A stretch of DNA of 64,000 nucleotides from an uncultured Gemmatimonadales bacterium (lineage in GTDB: Bacteria > Gemmatimonadota > Gemmatimonadetes > Gemmatimonadales > GWC2-71-9), in assembly GCA_963795085.1 (NCBI GenBank), contig CAWCFX010000002.1, positions 1 through 64,000 of the forward strand, in the 5' to 3' direction. The translations under genes and the position numbers were made by a program. Positions 32,839 through 42,831 of the stretch are shown here, piece by piece; positions within the stretch are counted from its first letter, which is position 1, and each line of letters starts with the position of its first letter. A model generated the notes under the pieces. The model worked only from the letters and a program-made list of their open reading frames with translations. It searched no databases and was not told where the DNA came from.

Positions 32839-34295
32839 CGGAACACCAGGTCGGTGAAGGCGTACTGGCCGTTGCGTTCGATGTGGACCCGGATCGGCTG
32901 CCGGGGCGGCGCCGCGTCGAACAGCTCGCCCACCTGCTCGGCCCGGCGGATCATGGCGCGGTTGACCGCGATGATCACGTCGCCGCTCATGAGCCCGGTG
33001 GCCTGGGCGATCGGGGGCGTGATGCGGAAAATCAGGGCGCCCTGGTCGCTCCGGAGGCCCCGCTCGGCCTGGACCGCGGGGGTGATGGTGATGAGCTCAA
33101 TGCCGCGAAGCACGCTCACTTTCTCCGAGGTGACCGTGGGCAGGTCGCCGCTGATGAGCAGCCGTTCCTCGGTACTGGTGCCGGAGCGGACCCGGATCCG
33201 GATGGAGTCCCCCACCCGGAGGTCCAGCTTGGTGGCCTCCCAGTCGAGGAAGTTCCGGAGCCGGCGGCCGTTGGCTTCGATCAGCACGTCGCGAGGCTTG
33301 ATGCCCCCCCGGTCGGCCGGGCCGCCGGGGGCCACCGCGGTCACCACCACCCCGCCCTGGGTCTTCCAGTCCTGCATGCTCTCCGCGCCGGCGACGTCCA
33401 GCCCCACCCAGGCCCGCCGGATGGCGCCGTGCTGGACGATTTCTTCCGCGATCCGCATCGCGCGCTCGATCGGAATGGCGAACCCCAGCCCCACCGACCC
33501 TCCGCTCTGGGAGAAGATGGAGGAGTTGACGCCGATGACCTCGCCCAGCGAATTGGCGAGGGGGCCGCCCGAATTGCCGGGGTTGATGGCGGCGTCGGTC
33601 TGGATCATGTCGAGGTAGAGCCCGGCCTGCTCCCGGCCCGGCAGGATGTTCCGGCCCACCGCGCTGACCACGCCGGCGGTGACGGTCGGCTCGGCGTTGC
33701 CGAGCAGGAACGCGAACGGGTTGCCGAGGGCCACGACCCACTCGCCGATCAGCAGGTCCCCGGTGCGCCCGACGCGGACGGTGGGGAGCCCGGTTCGCTC
33801 CACCTTGAGCACCGCGATGTCGGTGATCGGGTCTTCGCCCAGCACCCGCGCGGGGAGGTCGGTCCCGTCGCTCAGGGTCACCACGACCCGCTCCGCCCCG
33901 CCGACCACGTGCTGGTTGGTGATGATGGTGCCGTTGGACTGGACGATGAACCCGGTCCCGCTCACCGGGACCAGCTGTTCCCGCCCCTGGGGGACGAAGA
34001 ACAGGTCGAACATGGACGGGGACGAGACCCGCCGGCGGGAGGTGGCGCTGACGGAGACGACCGCGGGGCCGACCCGGGTGGCCGCATCCACGATGGCGGT
34101 GCGCCGGGAGGTGTCGAGGGCGGCGTTGCGTTCGGCGGTCTGGGTTGAGGCGTCGGCGAAGGGGACCAGGCCGGCCTCGGATCGGTCGCTCCTGCAGGCG
34201 GTGGCGAGCAGGAGGAGGACGAGCGCACCCAGCGCACAGCGCTGGTCGTAGCCGCGGCCCCCCCGTTTTGCTGTGCCGCCTGTTCTACCGTTCAT
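32835..34295 (-). CDS. HtrA/DegP family serine protease with PDZ domains
   Basis: TNQHVV, QTDAAINPGNSGGPL and two PDZ-like regions. Confidence 0.92.
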   Translation of the reverse strand: MNGRTGGTAKRGGRGYDQRCALGALVLLLLATACRSDRSEAGLVPFADASTQTAERNAALDTSRRTAIVDAATRVGPAVVSVSATSRRRVSSPSMFDLFFVPQGREQLVPVSGTGFIVQSNGTIITNQHVVGGAERVVVTLSDGTDLPARVLGEDPITDIAVLKVERTGLPTVRVGRTGDLLIGEWVVALGNPFAFLLGNAEPTVTAGVVSAVGRNILPGREQAGLYLDMIQTDAAINPGNSGGPLANSLGEVIGVNSSIFSQSGGSVGLGFAIPIERAMRIAEEIVQHGAIRRAWVGLDVAGAESMQDWKTQGGVVVTAVAPGGPADRGGIKPRDVLIEANGRRLRNFLDWEATKLDLRVGDSIRIRVRSGTSTEERLLISGDLPTVTSEKVSVLRGIELITITPAVQAERGLRSDQGALIFRITPPIAQATGLMSGDVIIAVNRAMIRRAEQVGELFDAAPPRQPIRVHIERNGQYAFTDLVFR

Positions 34296-35073
34296 TCACA
34301 TCCTCGCGCTGGTCCACGAAACACGCTTCCGGATACTCGGCAGCGATGAAGTAGAGTCCCTGCGGCGGTGCGGGGGGACTGGTTTCGTCGTTGTCCGAGC
34401 GGGCCAGCAGCCGCTCCATATCCTCCACCGGCCGGCGTGCGAGCCCGATGTCCACCATGGTGCCGACCAGGAACCGGACCATGTGGTGCAGGAACCGGTC
34501 GGCCTGGATCTCGAACTGGAGGCCGGCCTCGCCCCGATCAGTCCACCGGGCCCGCTGCACCTGGCAGCGGTAGTGCGGTTTCGCCGGGCCCTTCGCGGCG
34601 AACGCCTGGAACGCGTGCGTGCCGGCGAGCGTCGCGGCGGCCCGGTCGAGCCCGGCCCGGTCGAGGGGCCGGCCGAGCGCCCATTCGTACGGCCGCCGGA
34701 AGGGCGACGCGGAGCGCTCATCGGTCCCGACCAGGTACTGGTAGCGCCGCGCGGTGGCACTCTTCCGGGCATGAAACCCGGGGGCCATCTCGTGGATCCG
34801 CTCGACCCAGCAATCCGGGGGGAGCAGGGCATTGAGCCCCCGCCGGAGCGCCGCCCCGGCCCACTTCGGGGGAACCGTCAGGCTGACGCCCATCCCCAGG
34901 GCGTGGACGCCGGCATCGGTCCGGCCGGCGGCGTGCACCGGAATCCGGTCGCCGTTGAGCCGGGCCAGGGCGGCTTCGAACTCGCCCTGCACCGAGCGCC
35001 CGGCCTTCTGGCGCTGCCATCCCACGAACTCGCTGCCGTCAAAATGCAGAATCGCGAGAAAGGTTCGGCTCAC
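34285..35073 (-). CDS. truA: tRNA pseudouridine(38-40) synthase
   Basis: GWQRQ, AGRTDAGVHA, FLHHMVR and APPQGLY. Confidence 0.95.
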   Translation of the reverse strand: MSRTFLAILHFDGSEFVGWQRQKAGRSVQGEFEAALARLNGDRIPVHAAGRTDAGVHALGMGVSLTVPPKWAGAALRRGLNALLPPDCWVERIHEMAPGFHARKSATARRYQYLVGTDERSASPFRRPYEWALGRPLDRAGLDRAAATLAGTHAFQAFAAKGPAKPHYRCQVQRARWTDRGEAGLQFEIQADRFLHHMVRFLVGTMVDIGLARRPVEDMERLLARSDNDETSPPAPPQGLYFIAAEYPEACFVDQREDVNER

Positions 35074-35120
35074 GTGCGGCAAAATAGCCGAATTGAGCGG
35101 GCATATGAAGGGTTGATAAG

Positions 35121-35282
35121 AACGGGGCGGTAGAACAAAGGGCGGGAGAACAGAGGCGGTAGAACAACGGGCGGGAGAACTGGGCGGGAGAACAGAGGCG
35201 GTAGGAAAAGGGCGAGAGAACTGGGCGGTAAAACAGAGGCGGTAGGAAAGGGCGGTAGGAAAAGGGCGGTAGAACAGGGTTG
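35121..35282. repeat. ~15-bp degenerate repeats (GGCGG(T/G)AGAA), left arm
   Basis: Tandem array, inverted relative to 35765-35935. Confidence 0.85.
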
Positions 35283-35304
35283 GGTGGCCGGTGGGGGAGG
35301 CAAG

Positions 35305-35685
35305 CTACGGGTTTTCCGGCGTCGGGGTTATTGCCCTGGTCACGGCACGGCTGAGTTTCCACACCAGGCGACCGGCCCTGTCCCGCAGGAGATCCAGTCC
35401 GGCCCATTCATCTTCTGGCAAGTAGCCGAGGTCCCGGCCGAGCAACAGGCAGTACGACAGTTCCGAGGCCGACCCCAAGGCGATGTCCAGGAACCGGCGA
35501 AACTCCCGGGGGCCTCGCTTGGCGGAGCCCTCGGCAATGTTCATCGGAATCGAGTAGGCTGCCCGCCGTGCCTGCGAAGTCAGCTCAAACCGTTCACCCG
35601 GCGGCCAGGTCCCGGTTGCCCGATAGACGGCAAGGACCAACTGGTGGCTGACTTGCCACGCCCGAAAGCGTTGGTAGGGTAGCAT
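35305..35685 (-). CDS. Four-helix-bundle protein (23S rRNA IVS protein/TIGR02436-like)
   Basis: AWQ.SH.L...VY..T..WP..ERF.LTSQ.RRAA.SIP.NIAEG...F.RFL.IA.GS..EL. Confidence 0.9.
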   Translation of the reverse strand: MLPYQRFRAWQVSHQLVLAVYRATGTWPPGERFELTSQARRAAYSIPMNIAEGSAKRGPREFRRFLDIALGSASELSYCLLLGRDLGYLPEDEWAGLDLLRDRAGRLVWKLSRAVTRAITPTPENP

Positions 35686-35764
35686 GTTGCCAACCTGGCG
35701 ACGGAGCGTCAACCCACTCACAAACTCACCCACCACAACGAGTTGGAGCAGCTCCACCCGGCTC

Positions 35765-35935
35765 AGCTTACCGCCCTTTTCCCGCCCGCTATTCTCCCGC
35801 CCGGAGTTTCTCCCGCCCTGTTTTACTGCCCTCTGTTCTACCGCCCGTTGTTCTCCCGCCCTGTTTTACCGCCCCCTGTTCTCCCGCCCTGTCTTACCGC
35901 CCTCTGTTCTCCCGCCCGTCGTCCTCCCGCCCCTT
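35765..35935. repeat. ~15-bp degenerate repeats (TTCT(A/C)CCGCC), right arm
   Basis: Reverse complement of the left-arm unit. Confidence 0.85.
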
Positions 35936-35958
35936 TTCCTACCTCTATGCATCAGCCC

Positions 35959-36005
35959 TTGCCCTTCGGTGCACTTTCGGGTAATATGGTTCGGCTTCCC
36001 TTCGG
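35959..36005 (+). promoter_or_regulatory. lexA promoter (TTGCCC-N17-TAATAT) overlapped by two TTCGG-N6-TTCGG direct repeats
   Basis: -35 at 35959, -10 at 35982; TTCGG at 35965/35976 and 35990/36001. Confidence 0.6.
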
Positions 36006-36024
36006 TCACCCCCGGGAGACAACC

Positions 36025-36633
36025 ATGCCGCTTACCAAGCGCCAGAGTGAGATCCTCGCCTACCTCCAGGACTACATCAGAGATCACAGCTACGCGCCCA
36101 GTTTCGAGGACATCGCGGAGCATTTCGAGTTCCAGTCGCTGGCCACGGTGCACGAGCACCTGACCAACCTGGAGCGCAAGGGCTATATCCACCGCACCCA
36201 TAATGAAAGCCGGTCGATCGAGGTGCTGCCGCCCAAGGGGCAGGCGGGTGCCACCGAGATCCCCATCCTGGGCAAGGTCGCCGCGGGTACCCCCATCGAG
36301 TCCCTGATGCATGAAGAGACCCTGGCGGTGCCGGACCAGATCCTGCCCCGGCGAGGTCCCAATTACGCCCTCAAGGTCCGGGGCTCGTCCATGATCGACG
36401 AGCATATCATCGATGGCGACTATGTCGTGGTCCATGGCCAGAACGCGGCCGAAAACGGAGAAATGGTCATCGCGCTGGTGAACGGGAGCGAGGCCACCGT
36501 TAAGAAGTTCTTCCGGGAACCCGGCGGCTGGATCCGGCTGCAGCCGGCCAACGAAACCATGCAGCCCATGCGCTTCCAGGAACGGGACGTGCTGATCCAG
36601 GGAGTGGTGGTGGGGGTGATCCGGAAGTACTGA
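36025..36633 (+). CDS. lexA: SOS repressor LexA
   Basis: LTKRQ.EIL, VAAG.P cleavage site, V.GSSM catalytic Ser and ATVKK catalytic Lys. Confidence 0.95.
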   Translation: MPLTKRQSEILAYLQDYIRDHSYAPSFEDIAEHFEFQSLATVHEHLTNLERKGYIHRTHNESRSIEVLPPKGQAGATEIPILGKVAAGTPIESLMHEETLAVPDQILPRRGPNYALKVRGSSMIDEHIIDGDYVVVHGQNAAENGEMVIALVNGSEATVKKFFREPGGWIRLQPANETMQPMRFQERDVLIQGVVVGVIRKY

Positions 36634-36647
36634 CGGGCTCTAAGACG

Positions 36648-36829
36648 AGGGCGGGAGAAGATGGCGGTAAGAATAGGGCGGTAGGAATAGGGCGGTAGGA
36701 CAAGGGGGCGGGAGGTCGGACCGGGAGAACAAGGATGTACCCGTTCCACGGCCCTCCTTTACCGCCCTCCTTTACCGCCCTCCTTTACCGCCCGTCGTTC
36801 TCCCGCCCTTTGTTCTACCGCCCTGTTCC
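36648..36829. repeat. Gene-less inverted pair of the GGCGGTAG-type repeat arrays
   Basis: G-rich arm 36648-36714 and C-rich arm 36757-36829. Confidence 0.8.
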
Positions 36830-36868
36830 TGGCTCAACCCCGCGCCGGTTCCTGCCGATACAGCCTTC

Positions 36869-37513
36869 ATGACGGAAACCAAGATCTGCGGCATCACCGC
36901 GGCCGAGGATGCGGTCACGGCGGTGGCCGCCGGGGCATCCTACCTCGGGGTGGTGTTTACACCCGGGGCCCGGCGGGTGGAGCCCGCGTTGGCCCGGGAC
37001 ATCGTCCTCGCCGCGGGGCAGACGCCGGTGATCGGGGTCTTTGCCGGCCGTCTCCGGGTCAGCGAGATCCTGGATATCACTGCGGCGGCTGGTTTCGCCG
37101 GCATGCAACTGGCGCCGCCCCACTCGACCGCCGATGCCCGGCGAATCCGCGCCATGGGATACCTGGTCTGGCGGAGCATGCCACTCGAGTCCGACCGGGA
37201 TCTTGCCTGGTTGGCCGGCGTACGGGAGGCCGCCAGTGCCGTGGTGGTCGGTCCCCCGCCTCGGCATGGTGTTGGCGGAAACCCGGTCTTGTTACCTTTA
37301 GAACTGGCGCGGGAGGCGCGCGCCCACCTTCCCGGTCACCAGATGGTTCTTACCGGCGGACTCACGCCCCACAACGTGGGGAACGCGATTGCCGAAGTGC
37401 GGCCCGACATTGTCGAACTGGCCCTTGGCGACCCAACCCGAGCCGGCAGCACCGACGCCGGCCGAATTCAGCAATTCATGGAGGCAGTGATTGCGTCTTA
37501 CGCGCCACGCTGA
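36869..37513 (+). CDS. trpF: Phosphoribosylanthranilate isomerase-like protein (degenerate motifs)
   Basis: KICGIT...A..AGA..LG.VF, VIGVF and LTGGLTP.NV. Confidence 0.7.
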   Translation: MTETKICGITAAEDAVTAVAAGASYLGVVFTPGARRVEPALARDIVLAAGQTPVIGVFAGRLRVSEILDITAAAGFAGMQLAPPHSTADARRIRAMGYLVWRSMPLESDRDLAWLAGVREAASAVVVGPPPRHGVGGNPVLLPLELAREARAHLPGHQMVLTGGLTPHNVGNAIAEVRPDIVELALGDPTRAGSTDAGRIQQFMEAVIASYAPR

Positions 37514-37549
37514 CACTCGGAGCGTTCTCCCCTGCCGGGGCATCCGGTA

Positions 37550-39262
37550 ATGGGGGAGACTCTCGGCGCCTCCGCTATCCTGCCGCCGGCGCACGTCGAG
37601 GAACTGATCAAGACCATGATCAAGGCGCTGCGCGCCTTCCAGATGTATCTCCCCAACAACCCGATCTACCAGAAGGCCCAGGCCAATATCGTCGAGGCCT
37701 TCGTGCCCGTCTGGGACGCCACCGACGAACTGGTCCTGGCCATCGTCGAGACCGACTTCATCTGGGACGAGAACGTGGTGTACAGCCAGGCCAACAAGAG
37801 CGAAAGCCTGGCCTGGACGCTGTACAAGGACGGGATGCGGGTCCTGACGTTGAAACGCGGGGTGGAGCGGGCGGAGATGGCGAAGTTCCTGGAGGTGGTG
37901 CAGAAGGCCCGGATGCTTCCGGCCGATGCCAACGATGATCTCAACACCCTGCTGTGGGAACAGCAGTTCGAACGGATCGAGTACCGCTTCACCGACTTCC
38001 TCACCGATGCGGCCATGCCCGAAGCCACCGGGGAGTACGGGGCCGCCGGCGCCGGCGAGGAGGTCCAGGCCCAGGTCCAGGAAGAAGTCGCCGAAGCCAA
38101 AGAGGAGGGGCCGGGCCGGACCGGTATCGTGGACCTCGAGGATTTCGATTCCACCCTCTACTTCCTGGACGAGAACGAAATCACCTACATGGCGCGGGCC
38201 CTGGAGCGGGAATATCACCAGGACTTCCGCAGCTCGACGCTCAACATCCTGCTGGACCTGCTGGAACTGCAGACCGAGGAGACAGTGCGGGAGGAGCTCT
38301 TCGGCATCTTCGAGACGCTGATGCCCAACCTGCTCAACGCCGGAGAGTTCCGCCATGTCGCCACCATCCTCAGGGAGGCCCGGGTCATCGGCGAGCGGGC
38401 CAAGGGCCTGACCGACGACCAGCGCCGCCGGCTGGAAAGTTTCCGGGGCCAGTTGAGCGACCCCGCCGTGCTGACCCAGCTGCTGCAGGCGGTGGACGAA
38501 GCGACCGCGGCCCCGTCCGCCGACGACCTGGGCGAACTGTTTCGTGAACTGCGTCCCGGGTCGCTGGAGACCATCCTGGTGTGGCTCCCCCGGATCACTT
38601 CCGCGACCGTTCGCAACCTGCTGGTGGAGGCGTCGGAACGGCTGGCCGCGGCGAGTCCCCAGGAGATGCTCCGGCTGCTGGCCCTGACCGGGTCCGAGGC
38701 CCTGGCCGGCACGATTGATCTTTGCGGACGGCTCCAGTTGCAGGGGTCGGTTCCCGGTCTCGGCTCAACCATGACGCACGAGAGCCAGCCTGTCCGGCTG
38801 GCCAGCGTCAAGGCGCTGGTCGCCATCGGCACCGCCGGGGCGCTGCAGGCGCTGGAGCGGGCCCTCGACGATGCCGACCGGGAGGTCCGCATCGCGGCGG
38901 TGCGCGCCCTGGGAACCCGGGGGTATAAGAACGCGCTCAAGCGGCTCCAGGAGGCGGTCCTCAACCGGGGCCTCAAGGACGCCGACCTCACCGAGCGCAT
39001 CGCGTACTTCGAAGCCTATGCCATGGTGGCCGGACCCGCCGGGCTCGAGCCGCTGGCCCGCATCCTCCTGCCGGGTGGTGTGTTCAAGCGGAAGGAATCG
39101 GCGGAGAGCCGGGCCTGCGCCGCGAAGGCGATTGCCCTGATCCGGAGCCCGGAGGCCAGGGCCATCCTGGAAGAGGCCCGCGAGGACAAGGACCTGGTGG
39201 TGCGGAACGCGGTGACCCGTGCGCTCCGGGAGTCCACCGCGGTCCGGGAGCCGGGCCGATGA
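37550..39262 (+). CDS. HEAT repeat protein
   Basis: C-terminal repeats such as D.DREVRIAAVRALG. Confidence 0.8.
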   Translation: MGETLGASAILPPAHVEELIKTMIKALRAFQMYLPNNPIYQKAQANIVEAFVPVWDATDELVLAIVETDFIWDENVVYSQANKSESLAWTLYKDGMRVLTLKRGVERAEMAKFLEVVQKARMLPADANDDLNTLLWEQQFERIEYRFTDFLTDAAMPEATGEYGAAGAGEEVQAQVQEEVAEAKEEGPGRTGIVDLEDFDSTLYFLDENEITYMARALEREYHQDFRSSTLNILLDLLELQTEETVREELFGIFETLMPNLLNAGEFRHVATILREARVIGERAKGLTDDQRRRLESFRGQLSDPAVLTQLLQAVDEATAAPSADDLGELFRELRPGSLETILVWLPRITSATVRNLLVEASERLAAASPQEMLRLLALTGSEALAGTIDLCGRLQLQGSVPGLGSTMTHESQPVRLASVKALVAIGTAGALQALERALDDADREVRIAAVRALGTRGYKNALKRLQEAVLNRGLKDADLTERIAYFEAYAMVAGPAGLEPLARILLPGGVFKRKESAESRACAAKAIALIRSPEARAILEEAREDKDLVVRNAVTRALRESTAVREPGR

Positions 39263-40743
39263 CCGACTCCACCGCCGGCCGTTCCCCGGCCCCCGATTCT
39301 CCCCGGCCGGGATCCGGGGGAGAAGGCGCCCTGCGCCATGCCGGCCGCGGGTTCCTGCTGGCCTTCTACACCGGGCTCCGGAGCCTCAAGCTCTATCCCA
39401 TCGAGAACGCGACCGCGCAGAAGGCGCTCGACGATCTCCAGGCGGCGGCCGGCAGCCTGCTGGCGACCGAGGAGGATATCGAACTGCGCCTCTCCGGCGA
39501 TTTCCTCTTCCTCAACGGCACCCGGCTCCGGCTGGAGCTCGAGAACTACGCGTCGTTCAGCTACATCCTGGCCATGTTCCGGAGCTTCAACATCGGCACC
39601 GTCCACGTGCAGCGGGAGGTCGAGCGCCGGGAGTGGCAGATCTTTATCGGGCTGCTGCTCAATCTCTCGCCGATGGAAGAGGGCCCCGCCAAGCTGCTGG
39701 CGCTGACCGAACGGATGCGGAGCGGCGGCGTCACCCGGATCGACCTGGAGCCCACGGTCGAAACCCAGGACGAACTGGATGAACTGGAGCGCGCCAAGGA
39801 ACTGGCCAAGCGGACCTACACCCAGGGCGTGGCCGTCACCAAGGAAGTGGTCAACAGCATCCGGATGGGCCGCACCGCGAGCATCAAGAAAGTCAAGCGG
39901 GCGGTCCAGTCCATCGTGGACCAGGTGCTGAACAACGAGACCTCGCTGATGGGACTCACCACCATCCGCGACTACGACGAATACACGTTCACCCATTCGG
40001 TCAACGTCTGTATCTTCTCGGTGGCGCTGGGCCGCCGGGTGGGGTTTACCCGGCTGCAGCTCTATGACCTGGGGCTCGCCGCGCTCATGCACGATATCGG
40101 CAAGGCGCGGATTCCCATCGAGATCCTCAACAAGACCAGCGGCCTCGATGAAAAGGAGTGGTTTGTCATCCAGGCCCATCCCTGGATGGGCGCGCTCACC
40201 CTCTTCGAAATGCGGGGCTACAGCGAGATCCCGTACCGGTCGATCGTGGTGGCCCACGAGCACCACATGAAAATCGACCTCACCGGGTATCCCCGGGTGG
40301 TGCGCCCGCGGGAACTGGGATTGTTTTCCCGTATCGTCGCCGTGGCCGACGGCTTCGACGCCGCTACCACCCGGCGCGCCTACCAGAGCGTGCCGATCCA
40401 GCCGGACGAAGTGCTGCGGGAAATGTGGGAGAACCCCCGGCGCGGCTACGATCACGTGATCGTCAAGGCGCTGATCAACCTGATCGGCGTCTATCCGGTC
40501 GGGACCTGCGTGATCCTGGACACCTTCGAGGTCGGCATCATCGCGGGCCCCAATCCCGACCCCGCGTTCCTCAACCGCCCGCTGGTCAAGATCGTCATCG
40601 ATCCCGATGGCGCCGTCATGCTGCCGCCAGCGCGCACCATCAACCTGGCCGAACGCGACCCGTCCGGCGCCTTCCTCCGCTCGATCGTCAAGGTGACCAA
40701 TCCGGACCGCTATGGCCTCACCGTCGGCGATTACTTCGTCTAA
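39259..40743 (+). CDS. HD-GYP domain protein (putative c-di-GMP phosphodiesterase)
   Basis: YTFTHSVNV, LMHDIGK, HEHH...GYP and VADGFDA. Confidence 0.88.
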   Translation: MTDSTAGRSPAPDSPRPGSGGEGALRHAGRGFLLAFYTGLRSLKLYPIENATAQKALDDLQAAAGSLLATEEDIELRLSGDFLFLNGTRLRLELENYASFSYILAMFRSFNIGTVHVQREVERREWQIFIGLLLNLSPMEEGPAKLLALTERMRSGGVTRIDLEPTVETQDELDELERAKELAKRTYTQGVAVTKEVVNSIRMGRTASIKKVKRAVQSIVDQVLNNETSLMGLTTIRDYDEYTFTHSVNVCIFSVALGRRVGFTRLQLYDLGLAALMHDIGKARIPIEILNKTSGLDEKEWFVIQAHPWMGALTLFEMRGYSEIPYRSIVVAHEHHMKIDLTGYPRVVRPRELGLFSRIVAVADGFDAATTRRAYQSVPIQPDEVLREMWENPRRGYDHVIVKALINLIGVYPVGTCVILDTFEVGIIAGPNPDPAFLNRPLVKIVIDPDGAVMLPPARTINLAERDPSGAFLRSIVKVTNPDRYGLTVGDYFV

Positions 40744-40755
40744 GCCGCCGCCGGC

Positions 40756-42831
40756 ATGAACGTCCGGGTCATCCTCGACTGGTATGCCCGCCTGCTCTCC
40801 GGGCTGGGGATCCTGGTCCTCGCCGCCGCCGCGGTCCGCGATCCGGGCTGGCTCCGGCACCCGCAGCTCGCCCTGCTGCTGCTGGGCATGGTGGTCCTCC
40901 TCCGGGGCGGCCAGATCTCGCTGACCAAGTATGCCTACCTGACCCAGATCGGGGTGCCCGCGCTGCTCGGCGGGATCATGATCGGCCCCGGCGCCACGAC
41001 GCTGGCCCTGGGAATCGGCGTCCTGGGGACCGACCTCTTCTGGGTGCGGAAGAGCGTGGCCGCGGCCCTGGTCAACGCCGGCCGCGAGGTCATCGCCTTT
41101 GTCGCCGCCTACGGTCTCTTCGCCGGGGTGCTGGCGGTGACCCGGCCGGAAGGTTTCACGCTCGACTATCTCCCGGCCGCGGCCACCCTGGCCGCGATGT
41201 ACTTCTTTCTCTCCCGCTCCCTGTTCTACTTCACGCTCCTCTTCCGGAACAAGCTGGAGAGCGACGAGCGGCTGGTCATCCTCCGGTACGAGCTGCTGAC
41301 CTACCTGCTGACCATCGCGGCGGTGACCGTGCTCATCGGCGCGATGCAGAGCCTGTCCGCGCCGGGCTGGGTCACCGTCCTCCTGGTCGTCGGGGTCATC
41401 GGGCTCCTCACCAAGCGGATCCTGGAGGAGGCGATCGCCGCCGAGGAGTTGAACAAGGTTCATGTCCGCGAGAAGGTGATCGCCGGTAATCTCAGCCTGC
41501 AGGACTCCTTCGCGGAGATGGAGCGGCTGGCGCACCGGCTGCTCGACTGGGGGGACATGCGGGTCTATCGCGCGGCGGGTGCCGGTGCGGCGCTCATCTA
41601 CCGCGGCGCGTATGGCCGCGACACCCGGCACCAGCCGCTCTACGACGCGGAGGGGCTCCGGGCCGAAGTCATCCGGACCGCCCAGCCGATCGTGATCACC
41701 GATGCCGCCCGGGACGCCCGGGTCACGACGCCGGACCCTTCTGCCCGGAGCATCCTGATCGCGCCGCTCCGCCTGGGAAACGAGACCATCGGGACCCTGG
41801 AACTGGAGCACCACAAGCGTCACGCCTACCGGGAACGGGACATGGAAGCGGTCCGGACTTTTGCCGGGCAGCTGGCCACCGCCATTCACATCGCGGACCT
41901 GCGCCAGCCCCTGGTCGAAACGGTCGAACGGATCGGCCGCCAGGTCGAGAGCTTCGGGCGGCACGCCGAGATGCTGAAGCAGACCACCCTCGCGGTGGCG
42001 GCGGGCTCCCAGTCCATCCGGGCCGGGATGTCCGACCAGGGCCGGCTCGTGAAAACCGGCCTCGACACGACGGGTGACGTCTCGCGCGCGGTGACCGACA
42101 TGGCCAGCGAAGGCGCCCGGGCCGCCACCGCGGCGGAGGCGGCCAGCGCGGTGGCCGCCACCAGCCAGGGCACCATCGGCGACGCCATCCAGCGGCTGGT
42201 CCAGCTCAAGAGCGTGGTGGCCGACAGCAGCCGGGAGGTAGAGGAACTGGGACGGGTGACCAGCCGGATCAACGAGTTCATCGGCTCGATCCGGGAGATC
42301 GCGGACCTCACCAACCTGATCGCCCTCAATGCGGCGATCGAGGCGGCCCGGGCGGGCAAACACGGCCAGGGATTTTCAGTCGTGGCCGACGAAGTCCGCA
42401 GCCTGGCCGCCCAGAGCGCGGGAGCTTCCCGGGAGGCGGCGGTCCTGCTGGAACTGATCGGGGGGCAGGTGGCGACCATCGCGGCGCTGATGCAACGGGG
42501 CCAGCTGGTGGTTGGCGGGGTGGAGGACCTGAGCGCCTCGGCCGGCCGTGCCCTTACCGCCATCGTGGAATCGACGCGGGAGGCGGGATCCCACGGGCGC
42601 CAGATCGCGGCCACCGCGGCCGCCCAGCAGCGCACCTTCAACCAGTTGCGGGGCCAGATCGACCAGATCGCCGCAGTCGCCTGGAAGACGCTGGAGGAGG
42701 CCAACGATATGGCCGCCCGGGCCGCCCAGGCCACGGACGGCCACCACGAAATGGAGCAGGCGATCCGGGACCTGGGCGCCGTGGCGAACCACCTGCAGGA
42801 CATCGCCAGGACGTTCAGTGCGGAGGGATGA
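40756..42831 (+). CDS. Membrane GAF-domain methyl-accepting chemotaxis-like protein
   Basis: Multiple TM helices, a GAF region and [27 protein letters not shown]. Confidence 0.88.
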   Translation: MNVRVILDWYARLLSGLGILVLAAAAVRDPGWLRHPQLALLLLGMVVLLRGGQISLTKYAYLTQIGVPALLGGIMIGPGATTLALGIGVLGTDLFWVRKSVAAALVNAGREVIAFVAAYGLFAGVLAVTRPEGFTLDYLPAAATLAAMYFFLSRSLFYFTLLFRNKLESDERLVILRYELLTYLLTIAAVTVLIGAMQSLSAPGWVTVLLVVGVIGLLTKRILEEAIAAEELNKVHVREKVIAGNLSLQDSFAEMERLAHRLLDWGDMRVYRAAGAGAALIYRGAYGRDTRHQPLYDAEGLRAEVIRTAQPIVITDAARDARVTTPDPSARSILIAPLRLGNETIGTLELEHHKRHAYRERDMEAVRTFAGQLATAIHIADLRQPLVETVERIGRQVESFGRHAEMLKQTTLAVAAGSQSIRAGMSDQGRLVKTGLDTTGDVSRAVTDMASEGARAATAAEAASAVAATSQGTIGDAIQRLVQLKSVVADSSREVEELGRVTSRINEFIGSIREIADLTNLIALNAAIEAARAGKHGQGFSVVADEVRSLAAQSAGASREAAVLLELIGGQVATIAALMQRGQLVVGGVEDLSASAGRALTAIVESTREAGSHGRQIAATAAAQQRTFNQLRGQIDQIAAVAWKTLEEANDMAARAAQATDGHHEMEQAIRDLGAVANHLQDIARTFSAEG

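Noticed and set aside
35305..35685. Diversity-generating retroelement (Avd-like gene)
   Set aside because: No reverse transcriptase and no TR/VR pair with adenine-specific differences in the window
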